Part shown: one piece after another, positions 9,534 to 20,016 of the stretch
Layout of the letters: every line of letters begins with the position of its first letter
Numbering within the stretch: position 1 is the stretch's first letter
Source of the DNA: Thermoplasmata archaeon
GTDB lineage: Archaea > Thermoplasmatota > Thermoplasmata > Thermoplasmatales > Thermoplasmataceae
Reading direction: 5' to 3'
Length of the DNA: 55,811 nt
Assembly: GCA_021820245.1 (NCBI GenBank)
Contig: JAKADT010000001.1
Location: forward strand, 1-55,811
Notes under the pieces: generated by a model
The model's input: the letters and a program-made list of their open reading frames with translations, nothing else
What the model was told of the DNA's origin: nothing
Databases searched by the model: none
Made by a program: the position numbers and the translations under genes

Positions 9534-10644
9534 ACTGGGGCATATAGTGGCGGGACCGACTGCCGGACTCATTATGGCTGAAATGGGTTTCGAGGTCATA
9601 AAAATTGAAAGACCCGTAACCGGCGATATTTCCAGGAGCCTGGTGGGGCAAAGCGCTGGATCCTTTCCATATTACAACAGGATGAAAAAGAGTATTACCC
9701 TGAATCTCAAGAGCCATGAAGGAGTGGAGATTCTCAGAAAACTGATCAAAAGCGCCGATATCCTCATAGACAATTTCAGCTCTGATTTTTTGAAAAACAT
9801 TGATCTGGGCTATGACAGGATTCATGAACTCAACAGCAGGATCATATATGTCATGATCAGGGGGTACAGATCCGCCAACGGCATAGAGAGAAAGTCGCTG
9901 GATTATCCCATAGAGATCGATTCTGGCATAGCATACATGACAGGACTCAACAACAGGCCTCTCAGGGTTGGAGCATCGCTTGTTGACATGTTTTCTGCAA
10001 CAATGGCAGTAATTGGGACATATCAGGCTCTTCTTGATCGGGAAAGGACCGGTGAAGGCAAAGTGATCGATTCTTCACTCTTCCAGAATGCAATGTTCAT
10101 GATAGGACAGCATATTGCAACCTACCAGGTAACTGGAAAAGAGCTTGATCCAATAAATGAATCGGGGTTTGCATGGGGTATTTATGATTTTTTCAACACC
10201 CTGGACGGGAAAAAGATATTCATAGCTGTGACAACCGATGCGCAGTGGGAGAAATTTTCAGAAATATTGAACCTGGAAAAAGAATATGTGGTAAAATACA
10301 GGACAAACAAAATCAGGTTTGAAAACAGGAATGTCCTTATTCCAGAACTTCAGAAACATATTGAAAAATTTGATTCTGGAGCCATTGAAAAACTTCTGAA
10401 CAGTAAGGGCATCGTCTATTCATTCCTCAGAAGGCCATGGGATTTATTGACGGACTCCCTGGCAATTCAGCATATGAATTCTGTCAAATTTGAGGGAAAG
10501 GAGATGTACATGCCTTCTGTTCCGGTCTCGGACAATAGATCGGAACATGTGCCTGAACTTGGGGAAAACAACGTGGAAATATTAAGATCTCTTGGTTACA
10601 GTGACATTGATATCTCACATTTCCGGAAAAATGGTTTTATTTAA
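9517..10644 (+). CDS. Family III (CaiB/BaiF) CoA-transferase
   Basis: [40 protein letters not shown] and the ASLVD catalytic Asp region. SD GAGGAGG at 9501-9507 supports ATG 9517; overlaps the upstream gene. Confidence 0.92.
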   Translation: MYRVIELGHIVAGPTAGLIMAEMGFEVIKIERPVTGDISRSLVGQSAGSFPYYNRMKKSITLNLKSHEGVEILRKLIKSADILIDNFSSDFLKNIDLGYDRIHELNSRIIYVMIRGYRSANGIERKSLDYPIEIDSGIAYMTGLNNRPLRVGASLVDMFSATMAVIGTYQALLDRERTGEGKVIDSSLFQNAMFMIGQHIATYQVTGKELDPINESGFAWGIYDFFNTLDGKKIFIAVTTDAQWEKFSEILNLEKEYVVKYRTNKIRFENRNVLIPELQKHIEKFDSGAIEKLLNSKGIVYSFLRRPWDLLTDSLAIQHMNSVKFEGKEMYMPSVPVSDNRSEHVPELGENNVEILRSLGYSDIDISHFRKNGFI

Positions 10645-11126
10645 TCCCTGGTGATCAATTTTCTTGCATAATCGATCATTCCAGCGGCTTCCAGTATTTC
10701 AAGCGCAATTCCCTGAGGGGGAGCTATATCCAGTTCCGAGTTCTGGGAAATGATCCTGTTCGCCTCCATTTGAAAATGCACCTCTTCCATATTTCTGAAG
10801 TCACAAGCCCCTTTTATTGTGCCCGGAAATAGGCCCACATTAATTGCATTCCTGTAAAAGAGCCTTGAAAAACTTTTTGCGAAAACAGCTTTAATTCCAA
10901 GGTCTTTTAGAAGAAGCGGCGCCTGTTCACGGGAAGACCCACTTCCAAAATTCTCCCCTGCGACAATTATGTCTCCGTCCTTCACTGAACCGGCAAAATC
11001 TTTAACTACAGATTCCAGGCAGTGTTTCTTCTGTTCCTCAAGTGGAAGATGAAGATAGCCACCTGGTGCTATGGCATCGGTGTCCACATCATCCCCAAGA
11101 ATGAAAACCCTTGACATCTTAAGCAC
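10641..11126 (-). CDS. leuD: 3-isopropylmalate dehydratase/homoaconitase family small subunit
   Basis: [28 protein letters not shown] and [14 protein letters not shown]. Family-level call; substrate uncertain. Confidence 0.85.
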   Translation of the reverse strand: MLKMSRVFILGDDVDTDAIAPGGYLHLPLEEQKKHCLESVVKDFAGSVKDGDIIVAGENFGSGSSREQAPLLLKDLGIKAVFAKSFSRLFYRNAINVGLFPGTIKGACDFRNMEEVHFQMEANRIISQNSELDIAPPQGIALEILEAAGMIDYARKLITRD

Positions 11127-12342
11127 CCGGCACCGTTATTTTTCCATTGATCGCACTAGCCGCCGCAACGTAAGAATTTGATATGTATACCTTGCTTTCC
11201 GGATCTCCCATCCTGCCCCTAAAATTCCGGTTGATATTTGTAATGCATACTTCTCCTTTTGCCAGAACACCCATGTGAAGACCTGCACATGCTCCACATG
11301 TTGGTGGAGAAACTGTGGCACCTGCATCAATGAACGTATCAATTAACCCTTCTTTGATTGCTTCCCTGTAAATATTCCTTGTGGCAGGTACAATTATTGC
11401 CTTCACACCGTCCTTTACCTTTCTTCCATCCATCATCTCTGCAGCTTCCCTGAGATCCGAAATGGTTCCATTGGAGCAGTTTCCGATGTAAACCTGATCT
11501 ACGTGAGTTCCAGCATAATCCGAAGCCTTTGCAATGTTTCCAGGAGAATATGGAAAAGCAATCAGTGGATCAATTTCTGAAATGTCGATTTTTATCTCTG
11601 TGACAGCTGAATCTTCATCGCTCTGTAGATTCCTGAAATCGGTTGTTTTTGACCTGTTAAAGATAATTGATGTTTTTGCACCTGCTTCCACTGTCATATT
11701 TGCTATTGAGAGATCGTCATCCGTGTTGAGGTTGCACTCCCTGGCTATATTGAATTCCATGGATCTGTAATTAGCCCCATTTGTACCGAGAATTGACATA
11801 ACCTTCAGAATGAGATCCTTGCCTGTCACGTATTTCTTCCTGTTTCCCGTAACATTTAACAGTGTTGTTTCCGGAACCCTGAACCATGTCTTTCCCAATG
11901 AAAGAAGGGCAGCCATGTCCGTTGATCCCAGCCCTATTCCCATGGCTCTTGCAGCACCCGCTGTAACTGTGTGAGAATCTGTTCCAACAACGACCATTCC
12001 TTCCTTGATCATTCCTTTTTCAATGAGGAGCGTATGTTCGATGCCTTCACCGAATGGAACCAGATCCCACCCCTCCTTTCTGGCAAAATCTGACATGTAC
12101 CTGATATTGTTTGAACTTGTCGTGTCCTTTGGTGGATATATATGATCGTTGACAACAACTACCCTTCCCCTGAATCTCACATTGTCTTCGTTTATCTTCT
12201 TCATTGTGTCCAGTGTAAGGGGGCCAAGCACATCGTGCATATACGCCATGTCAGGTTCGCCCCAGACGAAATCACCTGATCGTGCCTCATGTCCGGAAAT
12301 CCTGGAAAAGAACTTTTCGGCGGATGTGAATCCCGTTTCCAT
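11119..12342 (-). CDS. leuC: 3-isopropylmalate dehydratase/homoaconitase family large subunit
   Basis: DH, GIEH, GTDSHT, IGNCSNG, CGACAG (three Fe-S Cys) and NRNFRGRMG. Family-level call; substrate uncertain. Confidence 0.88.
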   Translation of the reverse strand: METGFTSAEKFFSRISGHEARSGDFVWGEPDMAYMHDVLGPLTLDTMKKINEDNVRFRGRVVVVNDHIYPPKDTTSSNNIRYMSDFARKEGWDLVPFGEGIEHTLLIEKGMIKEGMVVVGTDSHTVTAGAARAMGIGLGSTDMAALLSLGKTWFRVPETTLLNVTGNRKKYVTGKDLILKVMSILGTNGANYRSMEFNIARECNLNTDDDLSIANMTVEAGAKTSIIFNRSKTTDFRNLQSDEDSAVTEIKIDISEIDPLIAFPYSPGNIAKASDYAGTHVDQVYIGNCSNGTISDLREAAEMMDGRKVKDGVKAIIVPATRNIYREAIKEGLIDTFIDAGATVSPPTCGACAGLHMGVLAKGEVCITNINRNFRGRMGDPESKVYISNSYVAAASAINGKITVPGA

Positions 12343-12418
12343 AACTCATAAGTGCTTCCCATGTACATATCTGTTTCCCATGAAAAATATTTTAACTCAT
12401 GACGTATACGATTCGACA

Positions 12419-13078
12419 ATGTTTTTTCTTGAGATGAGAGTTGGAGGTAAATGCAGTCTGGCAAAATCCAGTAGCTACAGCCCGCAACCCATCATTATAC
12501 AGAACGCACGAATAGTTTCGGGAAACACCAACCATATTTTCACCACTGTATCATCCAGAGATATGGAAAAAGTTCTTGATATCATGAAAGAGGACTTTCA
12601 GAAATTCACCATAAGCAGATATGAGAAAAACATATTTGTTGACGCACTTAAAACGGGTCATGGTATGCTCAGGGACATATTCGAGGAGGATGTTTTTCCT
12701 CTATTTCCAATAGTTGCTTCTGCTGGACTGGAGACCTTCAGGGTCATTTCACAGGATAAATCCAAGCTGGAATCATTACTGGAAAAGGTAAACAGACGCA
12801 ATGACGTTGAACACTTCACCATAGAGCGTGTGTCAATACCGGAAATAATGACACAAAATCTGCTTAACTCACTGTCACCTTCACTTTATGGCCTGACCGA
12901 CAGGGAGATAGCCATAATGAAGGTTGCAGTATCAAGGGGTTACTATGACTGGCCAAGGCTGAATGATCTCAAGGATATTTCACTGGATAACGGAACTTCC
13001 AAGGTAACAACTTTATACCACATCAGAAAGGCTGAAAAGAAGATAATAGAGAAGGTCTTTAACAGAAGAATGGCATGA
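12419..13078 (+). CDS. Bacterio-opsin activator-type (HTH_10) transcriptional regulator
   Basis: C-terminal LTDREIAIMKVAVSRGYYDWPR...TLYHIRKAEKKII; divergent from leuC. Start is 12419 or 12380, not 12149. Confidence 0.85.
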   Translation: MFFLEMRVGGKCSLAKSSSYSPQPIIIQNARIVSGNTNHIFTTVSSRDMEKVLDIMKEDFQKFTISRYEKNIFVDALKTGHGMLRDIFEEDVFPLFPIVASAGLETFRVISQDKSKLESLLEKVNRRNDVEHFTIERVSIPEIMTQNLLNSLSPSLYGLTDREIAIMKVAVSRGYYDWPRLNDLKDISLDNGTSKVTTLYHIRKAEKKIIEKVFNRRMA

Positions 13079-13234
13079 TCCGAAATTCGCTGGAAAGTGT
13101 AACAGAATGATTTCAGTTCCTGTTCACGCAAATAATGCCTTTCATTGCCCCCATGTGTTTATTGGGAATTTGATCTAAAATTATCTCCCTCAGCTATATT
13201 ATCAATTTTAAATACCATTACAATATTTGCTTTT

Positions 13235-13606
13235 ACGGCTGAACAGAAAGACACTCTGGCAACAGTTACCGACCATATGGCCAACGAACGCACATACCTT
13301 GCATGGGTCAGAACTGGCATCACGGTTATGGCGCTTGGTTTTGTGGTTGCAAAGTTCGGGATAATCATAAAAGAACTTGTTCCAAATGCTCCAAGCACGT
13401 CGTATCACTTCTCTTCGGCAACTGGAATTGTTCTTGTGGTTGCCGGGGGGTTTCTTCAGATAATGGCACTTCGAAGCTTTTTGAGAAATAAGAAAAGCAT
13501 TGAGAGTGGAGATTTTATTCCCTCTTCAACAGGAGTCATCGCTGCAGGCATAATCATCCTCCTGATTGCCGTTCTTCTCATAGCCTATATGCTGATTACC
13601 TTATGA
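13235..13606 (+). CDS. YidH/DUF202 family small membrane protein
   Basis: DHMANERTYLAWVRTG signature; 3 TM. Start uncertain (ACG 13235 or ATG 13277). Confidence 0.85.
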   Translation, partial: TAEQKDTLATVTDHMANERTYLAWVRTGITVMALGFVVAKFGIIIKELVPNAPSTSYHFSSATGIVLVVAGGFLQIMALRSFLRNKKSIESGDFIPSSTGVIAAGIIILLIAVLLIAYMLITL

Positions 13607-13709
13607 GAGATCATGCCACTCAAGTTCTCTGCTTCTGAACTTTAGATCTGCATGATTTGTCCAACATCCGAATTGGAAAACTTTTTTCAAAGGTAAGACA
13701 TACGTCATT

Positions 13710-14057
13710 ATGGTAGAGGCGCTATCAACAAAGAAAGTCACTGAAATTGGAGGATTGTTCAAAGAGTTATCAGAGAAAATGCCCAAAGAAACCTCTGGTT
13801 TTATGGAATTCAACAAGTCTGTGCTCAGCCCGGGTAAACTTTCCATGAGGGAAAAAGAGCTCATTGCTGTCTCACTGGCAGTAGCAACGCAATGTGAGTG
13901 GTGCATACCATATCATGTGAAAAATGCTCTTGAAAGTGGGGCAACTGAGGAGGAAATACTGGAATCCTCGTACATTGCAGCACTTATGAAAGGAGCCCCA
14001 GCATTGATGCAGGTAAACCTGGTTCTTGAGGCTGTAAGAGAATTTTCTTCCAAGTGA
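13710..14057 (+). CDS. AhpD/carboxymuconolactone decarboxylase family protein
   Basis: EKELIAVSLAVATQCEWCIPYH...GATEEEILE. Confidence 0.9.
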   Translation: MVEALSTKKVTEIGGLFKELSEKMPKETSGFMEFNKSVLSPGKLSMREKELIAVSLAVATQCEWCIPYHVKNALESGATEEEILESSYIAALMKGAPALMQVNLVLEAVREFSSK

Positions 14058-14239
14058 TCATACCTAAGTGTTATTGCAGGACTTAATCACCTGACAGTAA
14101 CTTGTATTTTCTGAATTCAGGATCAATGGTCATATTATCGGATTATTCAAATTTCAAGGAATATTAATGAACGAAGTTCTCGGGACAATGTGAGAAGATT
14201 ATTTAACCGGGCTTATCTACACAACAATCTCCGGTTAAG

Positions 14240-15508
14240 ATGAAAAATGAAACTTTGATTGCCATACGTTCCTTTGTAATTGCGGCCGGTGCCACAGCCG
14301 CAGCCACATTTGTTGGTGTTTTTGGAGTATATATTGGTGCATCTGCTGCAGAAATGGGCTGGCTCCAATCCTCATCGAATTCATTGAGTAATTCCGGACA
14401 GCTGATATGGGGGAGAATCAGCGATCGCTTCGGAAGGAGGGCTCCATTCATCATAGCAGGAAGCATAGCCAGTGCAATTTTATGGCTTTTCATGGCGTTT
14501 GTCAGGAGTCCGGTCACACTTATTGTGGCCTATGCGCTCCTCTCCCTTTTCAGTGCAATGATTGCAGTCAACTGGTATTCCTTCATAGCTGACAATATTT
14601 CTGGGAGTAGCCGTGGACATTTCCTTTCCAGAATAAACAATCTTGCTTCTATAGGTACAATAATTTCCATCTCGGTAATGATATTTCTTTTCAGCTCTGA
14701 TGTTACATCCGACATTATTATCCCGTTTGGAGCGGCTTCGGGTGCATATGTTCTGTCTGCTGTTCTTGCCCTAAGGCTAAAAGAAGAGAAAGCAAAATCA
14801 AAACTCACTTCCAATTTCAGGAAAACACTCAGGAGTCTTAAAAACGACAGACCTTTTTACAAGTATTTTGTTGCAACAAACGTTCAGTCCCTTTTCTGGT
14901 CCATGGCCTGGCCCATGTTCCCCATAACCATTGTTTCAGTTATGCATTTCCCCCTCAGGATTGTAGCAACACTGACAGTAATATCTCTTGTTTCAAGCAT
15001 AGTCGCACAGCTTATGATGGGGAGAGTTGTGGATAAGTTCAGCCGCATCCCTCTTATATTTGCAAACAGGGTCATGCTGTGTCTGATCCCAGTGATGTAT
15101 GCCCTTTTCTTCTCTTTCCATGAGTTCATAATAATGGAGGTTTACAGCGGCTTTGTGGGCGCAATTCAGAGCACAGTCATGACCTCATACCTTATGGATG
15201 TGGTTCCCACGGAACACAAGGGCGAATATATGTCCATCCTTAACGGGTTCAACGGTGGTGTATATTTTGCTGGGGCCATCATAGGAGGATACCTGCTGAC
15301 ATTCTTCCTCACAGTATATCCGCTCAGAGAAGCACTGTTTGCCGGATACATGATAGTATTCGCGGGAAGGTTTGCATCATCACTGTTATTCCTGAGGCTT
15401 GAGGAGGTTGGAGATAAGGGGGGGAGAAAAAGCTGGCCCCTTTATTCCATACTGATGCGGATGCGACAGCCCGGTGCTCCTTCGGGAGGAAATCTTAGAC
15501 CAAAATAA
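14240..15508 (+). CDS. MFS transporter
   Basis: WGRISDRFGRR and GRVVDKFSR motifs; 12 TM. Confidence 0.9.
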   Translation: MKNETLIAIRSFVIAAGATAAATFVGVFGVYIGASAAEMGWLQSSSNSLSNSGQLIWGRISDRFGRRAPFIIAGSIASAILWLFMAFVRSPVTLIVAYALLSLFSAMIAVNWYSFIADNISGSSRGHFLSRINNLASIGTIISISVMIFLFSSDVTSDIIIPFGAASGAYVLSAVLALRLKEEKAKSKLTSNFRKTLRSLKNDRPFYKYFVATNVQSLFWSMAWPMFPITIVSVMHFPLRIVATLTVISLVSSIVAQLMMGRVVDKFSRIPLIFANRVMLCLIPVMYALFFSFHEFIIMEVYSGFVGAIQSTVMTSYLMDVVPTEHKGEYMSILNGFNGGVYFAGAIIGGYLLTFFLTVYPLREALFAGYMIVFAGRFASSLLFLRLEEVGDKGGRKSWPLYSILMRMRQPGAPSGGNLRPK

Positions 15509-15526
15509 AAAAATTCCACCTCCAAT

Positions 15527-16702
15527 TCATGTTTCTGAATCGGCTTTTTTTTCATAAGATTTCCTGTGCTGGCGTTGTATGAATGGTGTCATAATTACTG
15601 AGATAGTTATAGTGGCAACAACTGCTATGGTGTACATATCTGAATTTATTATGGATTCCCTTACCGCGATGGTTGCGATGATTATTCCCACTGCCCCTCT
15701 CCCTCCAAGTATACCTGCAGTGGTTCTTCTCTTTACCATCTTCAGAAGCTGTCCAGACCTGAAATATGTCAGTCCACCTCCCACAACAATACTTATGGAG
15801 CTCATAACCAGCATCAGGAGAAGGTAAGACTCCTTTGGAATAATAACCAGAAGACCAGCTATGCTGAAGAATATAGGTATGAAGAAACCTTCGTTTATCC
15901 TGTTAAGTGTTCTTGTCAGGATTCCCTGAAGCTCTTTTCCGACCATGACCTCACTAATGAGCATTCCAGCAAAAAAGGCTCCAAGTATATATGAAACTCC
16001 AAGGAATTCAAATATGCTTGCAACAAGGAGCCCACTTATAATAACAGAACTGAAAATTATCTTCTCACCCCTCTCCCTTGCGTGAAGCCTCTCAAATATT
16101 CTGACCACATAGTTGGAATTTCTTGTTATGTACCGATCCAGTATGAAGAAAAGGACCATGAACATGACAATTGCGGGAACTATGTAGATGATTCTGATGA
16201 AATCAGTCTCGACGCTTATTATTGAGAATGCAATGATATCAGTAAGCACGACACTTGCAAGAATTATCTGCCCATCCACTGTTTCCAGTAGATCGTACTG
16301 TTTTATCAGCACCGAGATTATTGATATCGAGGGCACTCCTATTGAAATGGACAGAGCCAGTGCAGAAAGAATGCCCAGATGAAACACATAGAAAGATACA
16401 ACAAACATAAGGGTAACGGGAATGATGAAGCTAGTTACAGAAAGGTTGAATCCCCTGGATGTGTTTTTCCTCAACAGGTCAACTGTCACTTCCACACCTA
16501 TAAGCAGGACTATGAAGAATAGTGACACCTCCGAGAAACCTGTCAGGACTCCATTGGGCTGAATCCAGTTAAGAACGGCGGGGCCAAGTATAACGCCGCT
16601 GATCAGCTCACCGGCTACAGCAGGAAGATTGAATTTTTCGAACAGTTCCCCGAGAATCAGAGAAAATACCAGAATCCCAAGCAGTGCTATGATTATATCC
16701 AT
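15527..16702 (-). CDS. Cation:proton antiporter (CPA2, NapA/Kef-type)
   Basis: LPAVAGELISGVILGP, SVVLTDII, ILGAFFAG and FFIPIFF. Confidence 0.9.
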   Translation of the reverse strand: MDIIIALLGILVFSLILGELFEKFNLPAVAGELISGVILGPAVLNWIQPNGVLTGFSEVSLFFIVLLIGVEVTVDLLRKNTSRGFNLSVTSFIIPVTLMFVVSFYVFHLGILSALALSISIGVPSISIISVLIKQYDLLETVDGQIILASVVLTDIIAFSIISVETDFIRIIYIVPAIVMFMVLFFILDRYITRNSNYVVRIFERLHARERGEKIIFSSVIISGLLVASIFEFLGVSYILGAFFAGMLISEVMVGKELQGILTRTLNRINEGFFIPIFFSIAGLLVIIPKESYLLLMLVMSSISIVVGGGLTYFRSGQLLKMVKRRTTAGILGGRGAVGIIIATIAVRESIINSDMYTIAVVATITISVIMTPFIQRQHRKSYEKKADSET

Positions 16703-17192
16703 GATTTTACAGCCTATTGTCACAATTGCTTTTAAACATTTCCAGACTCAGTTCATATGTTTCATACCCTTAATGACTGGGTTATATGCTCTGTGTGATA
16801 CAACATTCTCACGAATTACAGTCGGAAGAGGATGTAGGTTTTCCCTGTTCATAATTGCAATACCCTCTGAACTGTTGGGAAAAACTTCATTGATGCCCTG
16901 TACCGGAAAAGTTCAACCGTATCATTACTGAAAAGATTCGTTCAACAAACATAATTTCTGACATGTGAATGTAAAGGAGAACTCTATAATGCCGGATCTT
17001 ATGATACACGTGTTATGCCCAGAGTCTTAAGTTCATGAAAAGTGTTTATCGCGCCATGGACCAACACAACGTAATCCCCCCGGATCAGGATGCATTAAAC
17101 CATTTTTACATCACAATTTAGCTGTTTCAGCATGAAAGTTATTGAGATCCATGCTAACTTAAGTTATTTTACTATGATGGACATACAGAAAA

Positions 17193-17435
17193 ATGCAATT
17201 TCTTTCCCCATTAAATGCTTACGGTTCTGTTGTTCTTTTTTTGATGATGATTTTTTATATTAAAGAAAATAAATCCAGTAAATATACTCTTCTTTTTGGC
17301 ATTATGTGCATCGGTTCGTCGGCTTATGGATTTCTGGCTGGGACATGGCCTTTTGGCATAATTGAAGCCGTTTGGGCGCTGTTTTCATTCGACAAATTCA
17401 GGAAACTTTACGGGAAATCCAGAAATGATCACTGA
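17193..17435 (+). CDS. Small membrane protein (CBU_0592-like)
   Basis: 3 TM with AYGFLAGTWPFGIIEAVW. Confidence 0.6.
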   Translation: MQFLSPLNAYGSVVLFLMMIFYIKENKSSKYTLLFGIMCIGSSAYGFLAGTWPFGIIEAVWALFSFDKFRKLYGKSRNDH

Positions 17436-17437
17436 GA

Positions 17438-17830
17438 TTGTGGAAACATAAACAATCAAATTGTGTTTTTGATAAAACATACAGAAAGAGAAAGGGCATT
17501 AAAGATCGCCGTTATTGGGAGTGCAAGGATTGGGATATCGGTAAATCCCAACGTAACAGTGACCAGAGATCTGATCTATCCCATCTGACAGTAGAAAGAA
17601 CGGCAGAGATACTTTGTGAGATAAAGGCCATTCCCGTTAAATCACCCCTGAATATAGTGTATAGATCTGAATCAGTGGAAGCGGAAAGAATACTCAATGA
17701 GATGGGAATAAAACAACCGGATCGAATACTGGTTGGTGCACTACCAAAATCAGATTAGGAAAAGACATAAGTTACGGATCTGTCTGCTTTAGCATGAATT
17801 CTGATCCTGTAATTGTTGCGAAACTCAAGT
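17438..17830 (+). mobile_element. Transposase C-terminal remnant (IS1634-like)
   Basis: TVERTAEILCEIKAIPV...AERILNEMGIK resembles IS1634 C-termini; possible IS end tgcgaaactcaag near 17817-17829. Confidence 0.45.
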
Positions 17831-17879
17831 TCAAATCTTCTCGCATGTGAGTAACGCTATCATATATGATAATATTTCC

Positions 17880-18355
17880 TATATTTTATAGGAACATTGA
17901 AAAACCGTACATGGCATATTTCATCCTCTTTCTCTGCCTCCTCTTCATCCCATTCATATTCTTATTGAGTTTCTCCTGAACATTTGCATGTTTCTGCATT
18001 TTCCGATTTCTTCCGGAGAAATTGTCTGTATATTGGTAATGCCCTCTATTTTTTTCAATCCTCACAATAGTGATACTCTTTGATTTACAGCATGGGCTTA
18101 CTCACCTTCTGTAGATGTTATGGATACTTTTGCAAAACCTCCTTTAAACCTATGTCGACCATCAATGAGTAGAAAATCCACGACATGACGAATGTTGCTA
18201 TTTTCCCTTACAGTTATCCCTTTAGATGCATATACACTCAGCACATTATCAATGTGGACAAGGATGACACCTGTGAGAACTATTTTGTCAGGTGTCTCCT
18301 GAATAGAAAGAGTCAAGAGCAAATAATAATATTCTGAAGTCTTTTTAACAAACAT
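17880..18355 (-). mobile_element. Probable heavily degraded transposase remnant
   Basis: MFVKKTSEYYYL N-terminus and broken downstream frames; weak similarity only. Confidence 0.3.
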
Positions 18356-18552
18356 TGGTATTTATATTAACTTTGAATCCATATGCCAATAGGTAAGTTG
18401 AATATTACGTAACGCCACGTGAAATTAAATCAGTATTGAAACTTTTTAAAGCATTTTCCAATAAGTTGTCTTGCTGTGGAAATGGAAAGTCAGTAGATGT
18501 ATCTAAAAACCCCTGGTATTGAATGGGCTACTTTCCATACCGGAAAGTTCAC

Positions 18553-18954
18553 CTACTTTATTACAAAATCCCCAACTTCAGACCATTTTCCTTCAAGTTT
18601 TTTCTTCAGATTTTCAATTTCCTTTTTGTCAACGCCTCTGTCTCTTTTCTTGAGCTCCTCCGGAATTGGGATTGTTGAAGTGTTCATCTGAGTGGTGAGG
18701 GCAGCCATATAGCTTGAATCACCCTTTACCTGCCTGAGAAGATCGTCCAGCCTGCCGTCTATAACGTTGAGGACCTGTTTTAAAATACCATATTCGAGAG
18801 ATTCCTGAAGAGCCCTCCTTATAACATCCGCATCGGATTCGCCGGTTACCCGGATAAGATCTATAGCAGTAAGGTCATCCTTCGAAAGTGTAATCCGGTT
18901 TTCTCTCTCATTTTTTTCCACAACAGAATTCTCCCCTGCTGCATTTTCACTCAT
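18553..18954 (-). CDS. Ribbon-helix-helix (CopG/ParR-like) protein with coiled coil
   Basis: RITLSKDDLTAIDLIRVTGESDADVIRRAL fits the RHH pattern; directly downstream of and co-oriented with the actin homolog. Confidence 0.7.
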   Translation of the reverse strand: MSENAAGENSVVEKNERENRITLSKDDLTAIDLIRVTGESDADVIRRALQESLEYGILKQVLNVIDGRLDDLLRQVKGDSSYMAALTTQMNTSTIPIPEELKKRDRGVDKKEIENLKKKLEGKWSEVGDFVIK

Positions 18955-19038
18955 CTTTTCAATCTCTGTAGATCACTTTTAGCATATGATCCGTAATGGA
19001 CAAACGTGGATTGATAATAAAAATTATGGGAAGTTAGG

Positions 19039-20016
19039 TCACTGGGACCTTGATGCCGCATCCCTGTACCCGAGTGCATTTGCAAACTGCACATCGCTTG
19101 GAGGGATATCTATGAGCGTTCCAGGAGCCAGTACTTCCAGCCTCTTTCCTATGAGGGCAGATCCTCCTCCCACAGGTATCAGTGCACTGACCCTGTCGAG
19201 CTCTTCCCTGAGGTTCTCCCTTAACTTGTCCAGTATTTTGGAGGTAAGTGATCTCAGTATTGGGTCAGCAACCTTTGGGCCTCCCACTTCTCTCTGCTTG
19301 AAGAATACCGGGTTTGCAAGTGCTTCTCTGGCTATATCTGTTGGTACGACAAACCCTGTTTCCCTGGCTATGGCTTTTCCCACTGCAGTAACAGCATCGC
19401 CGACACCGGCCTGTATACTAAATGACATTGGAACTATTGGCTCCATGTTCTTCAGGTTTATTGTGAGAACATCAGTTGTTCTGGAACCTATATCTATTAC
19501 AACGCCGAAACCAACCTGCTGCTTCAGCAGTCCCTGTTCCAGCAGATACAGTGCAGCTCCAACTCCCTGAGGCCTCATGACCATTCTTGATATCATGAAT
19601 CTCTTGACCTCGCCATTGCCACCCTTTATGACTATTTCTTTACCCTGAAGGGCCTCCCTGGCTGCTGCGACCTCATGCTCAAACGTACCCAGTGGAGTTC
19701 CGCTTCCCAGGACTATGCTTGTAGTGCTGTCCGATCCACCAACTCCGCTCAACCAGAGAGCTCCTGCCAGAAGTGGGTATGAATCCGGATCTGATAGTCT
19801 TCCATCACCCTGTGGTTCACGTACTGTTGAACCTGTGGCGTTCTCTCCAAATACAAATGCCTCTTCATCGTTTATGCTCAAAACTGTGGCGCTTCCGCCC
19901 ATACCCCAATCCCTGTTTTCCTGTGGGGCCCACCTTGAGGGGAACTTCTCCCGCTTGCCATTCTCGCCTACAACTTTTGTATCTCCGTATCCTAGATCTA
20001 CTCCTATCGCTATCAT
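19039..20016 (-). CDS. Archaeal actin homolog, ParM/StbA family (Ta0583-like)
   Basis: GVDLGYGDTK, MRPQGVGAA, VIDIGSRTTD, VGGGS and QFANALGY; closely resembles T. acidophilum Ta0583 as recalled; SD GGAGGT upstream. Confidence 0.93.
   Translation of the reverse strand: MIAIGVDLGYGDTKVVGENGKREKFPSRWAPQENRDWGMGGSATVLSINDEEAFVFGENATGSTVREPQGDGRLSDPDSYPLLAGALWLSGVGGSDSTTSIVLGSGTPLGTFEHEVAAAREALQGKEIVIKGGNGEVKRFMISRMVMRPQGVGAALYLLEQGLLKQQVGFGVVIDIGSRTTDVLTINLKNMEPIVPMSFSIQAGVGDAVTAVGKAIARETGFVVPTDIAREALANPVFFKQREVGGPKVADPILRSLTSKILDKLRENLREELDRVSALIPVGGGSALIGKRLEVLAPGTLIDIPPSDVQFANALGYRDAASRSQ

Noticed and set aside
8487-12342. Reading the DRE-TIM and leuCD genes as a leucine/lysine biosynthesis operon
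   Set aside because: No dehydrogenase (leuB/hicdh) is present, the genes are convergent, a CoA-transferase is coupled in, and key motifs are altered.
12149-12379. N-terminal extension of the HTH regulator ORF
   Set aside because: Antisense shadow of leuC.
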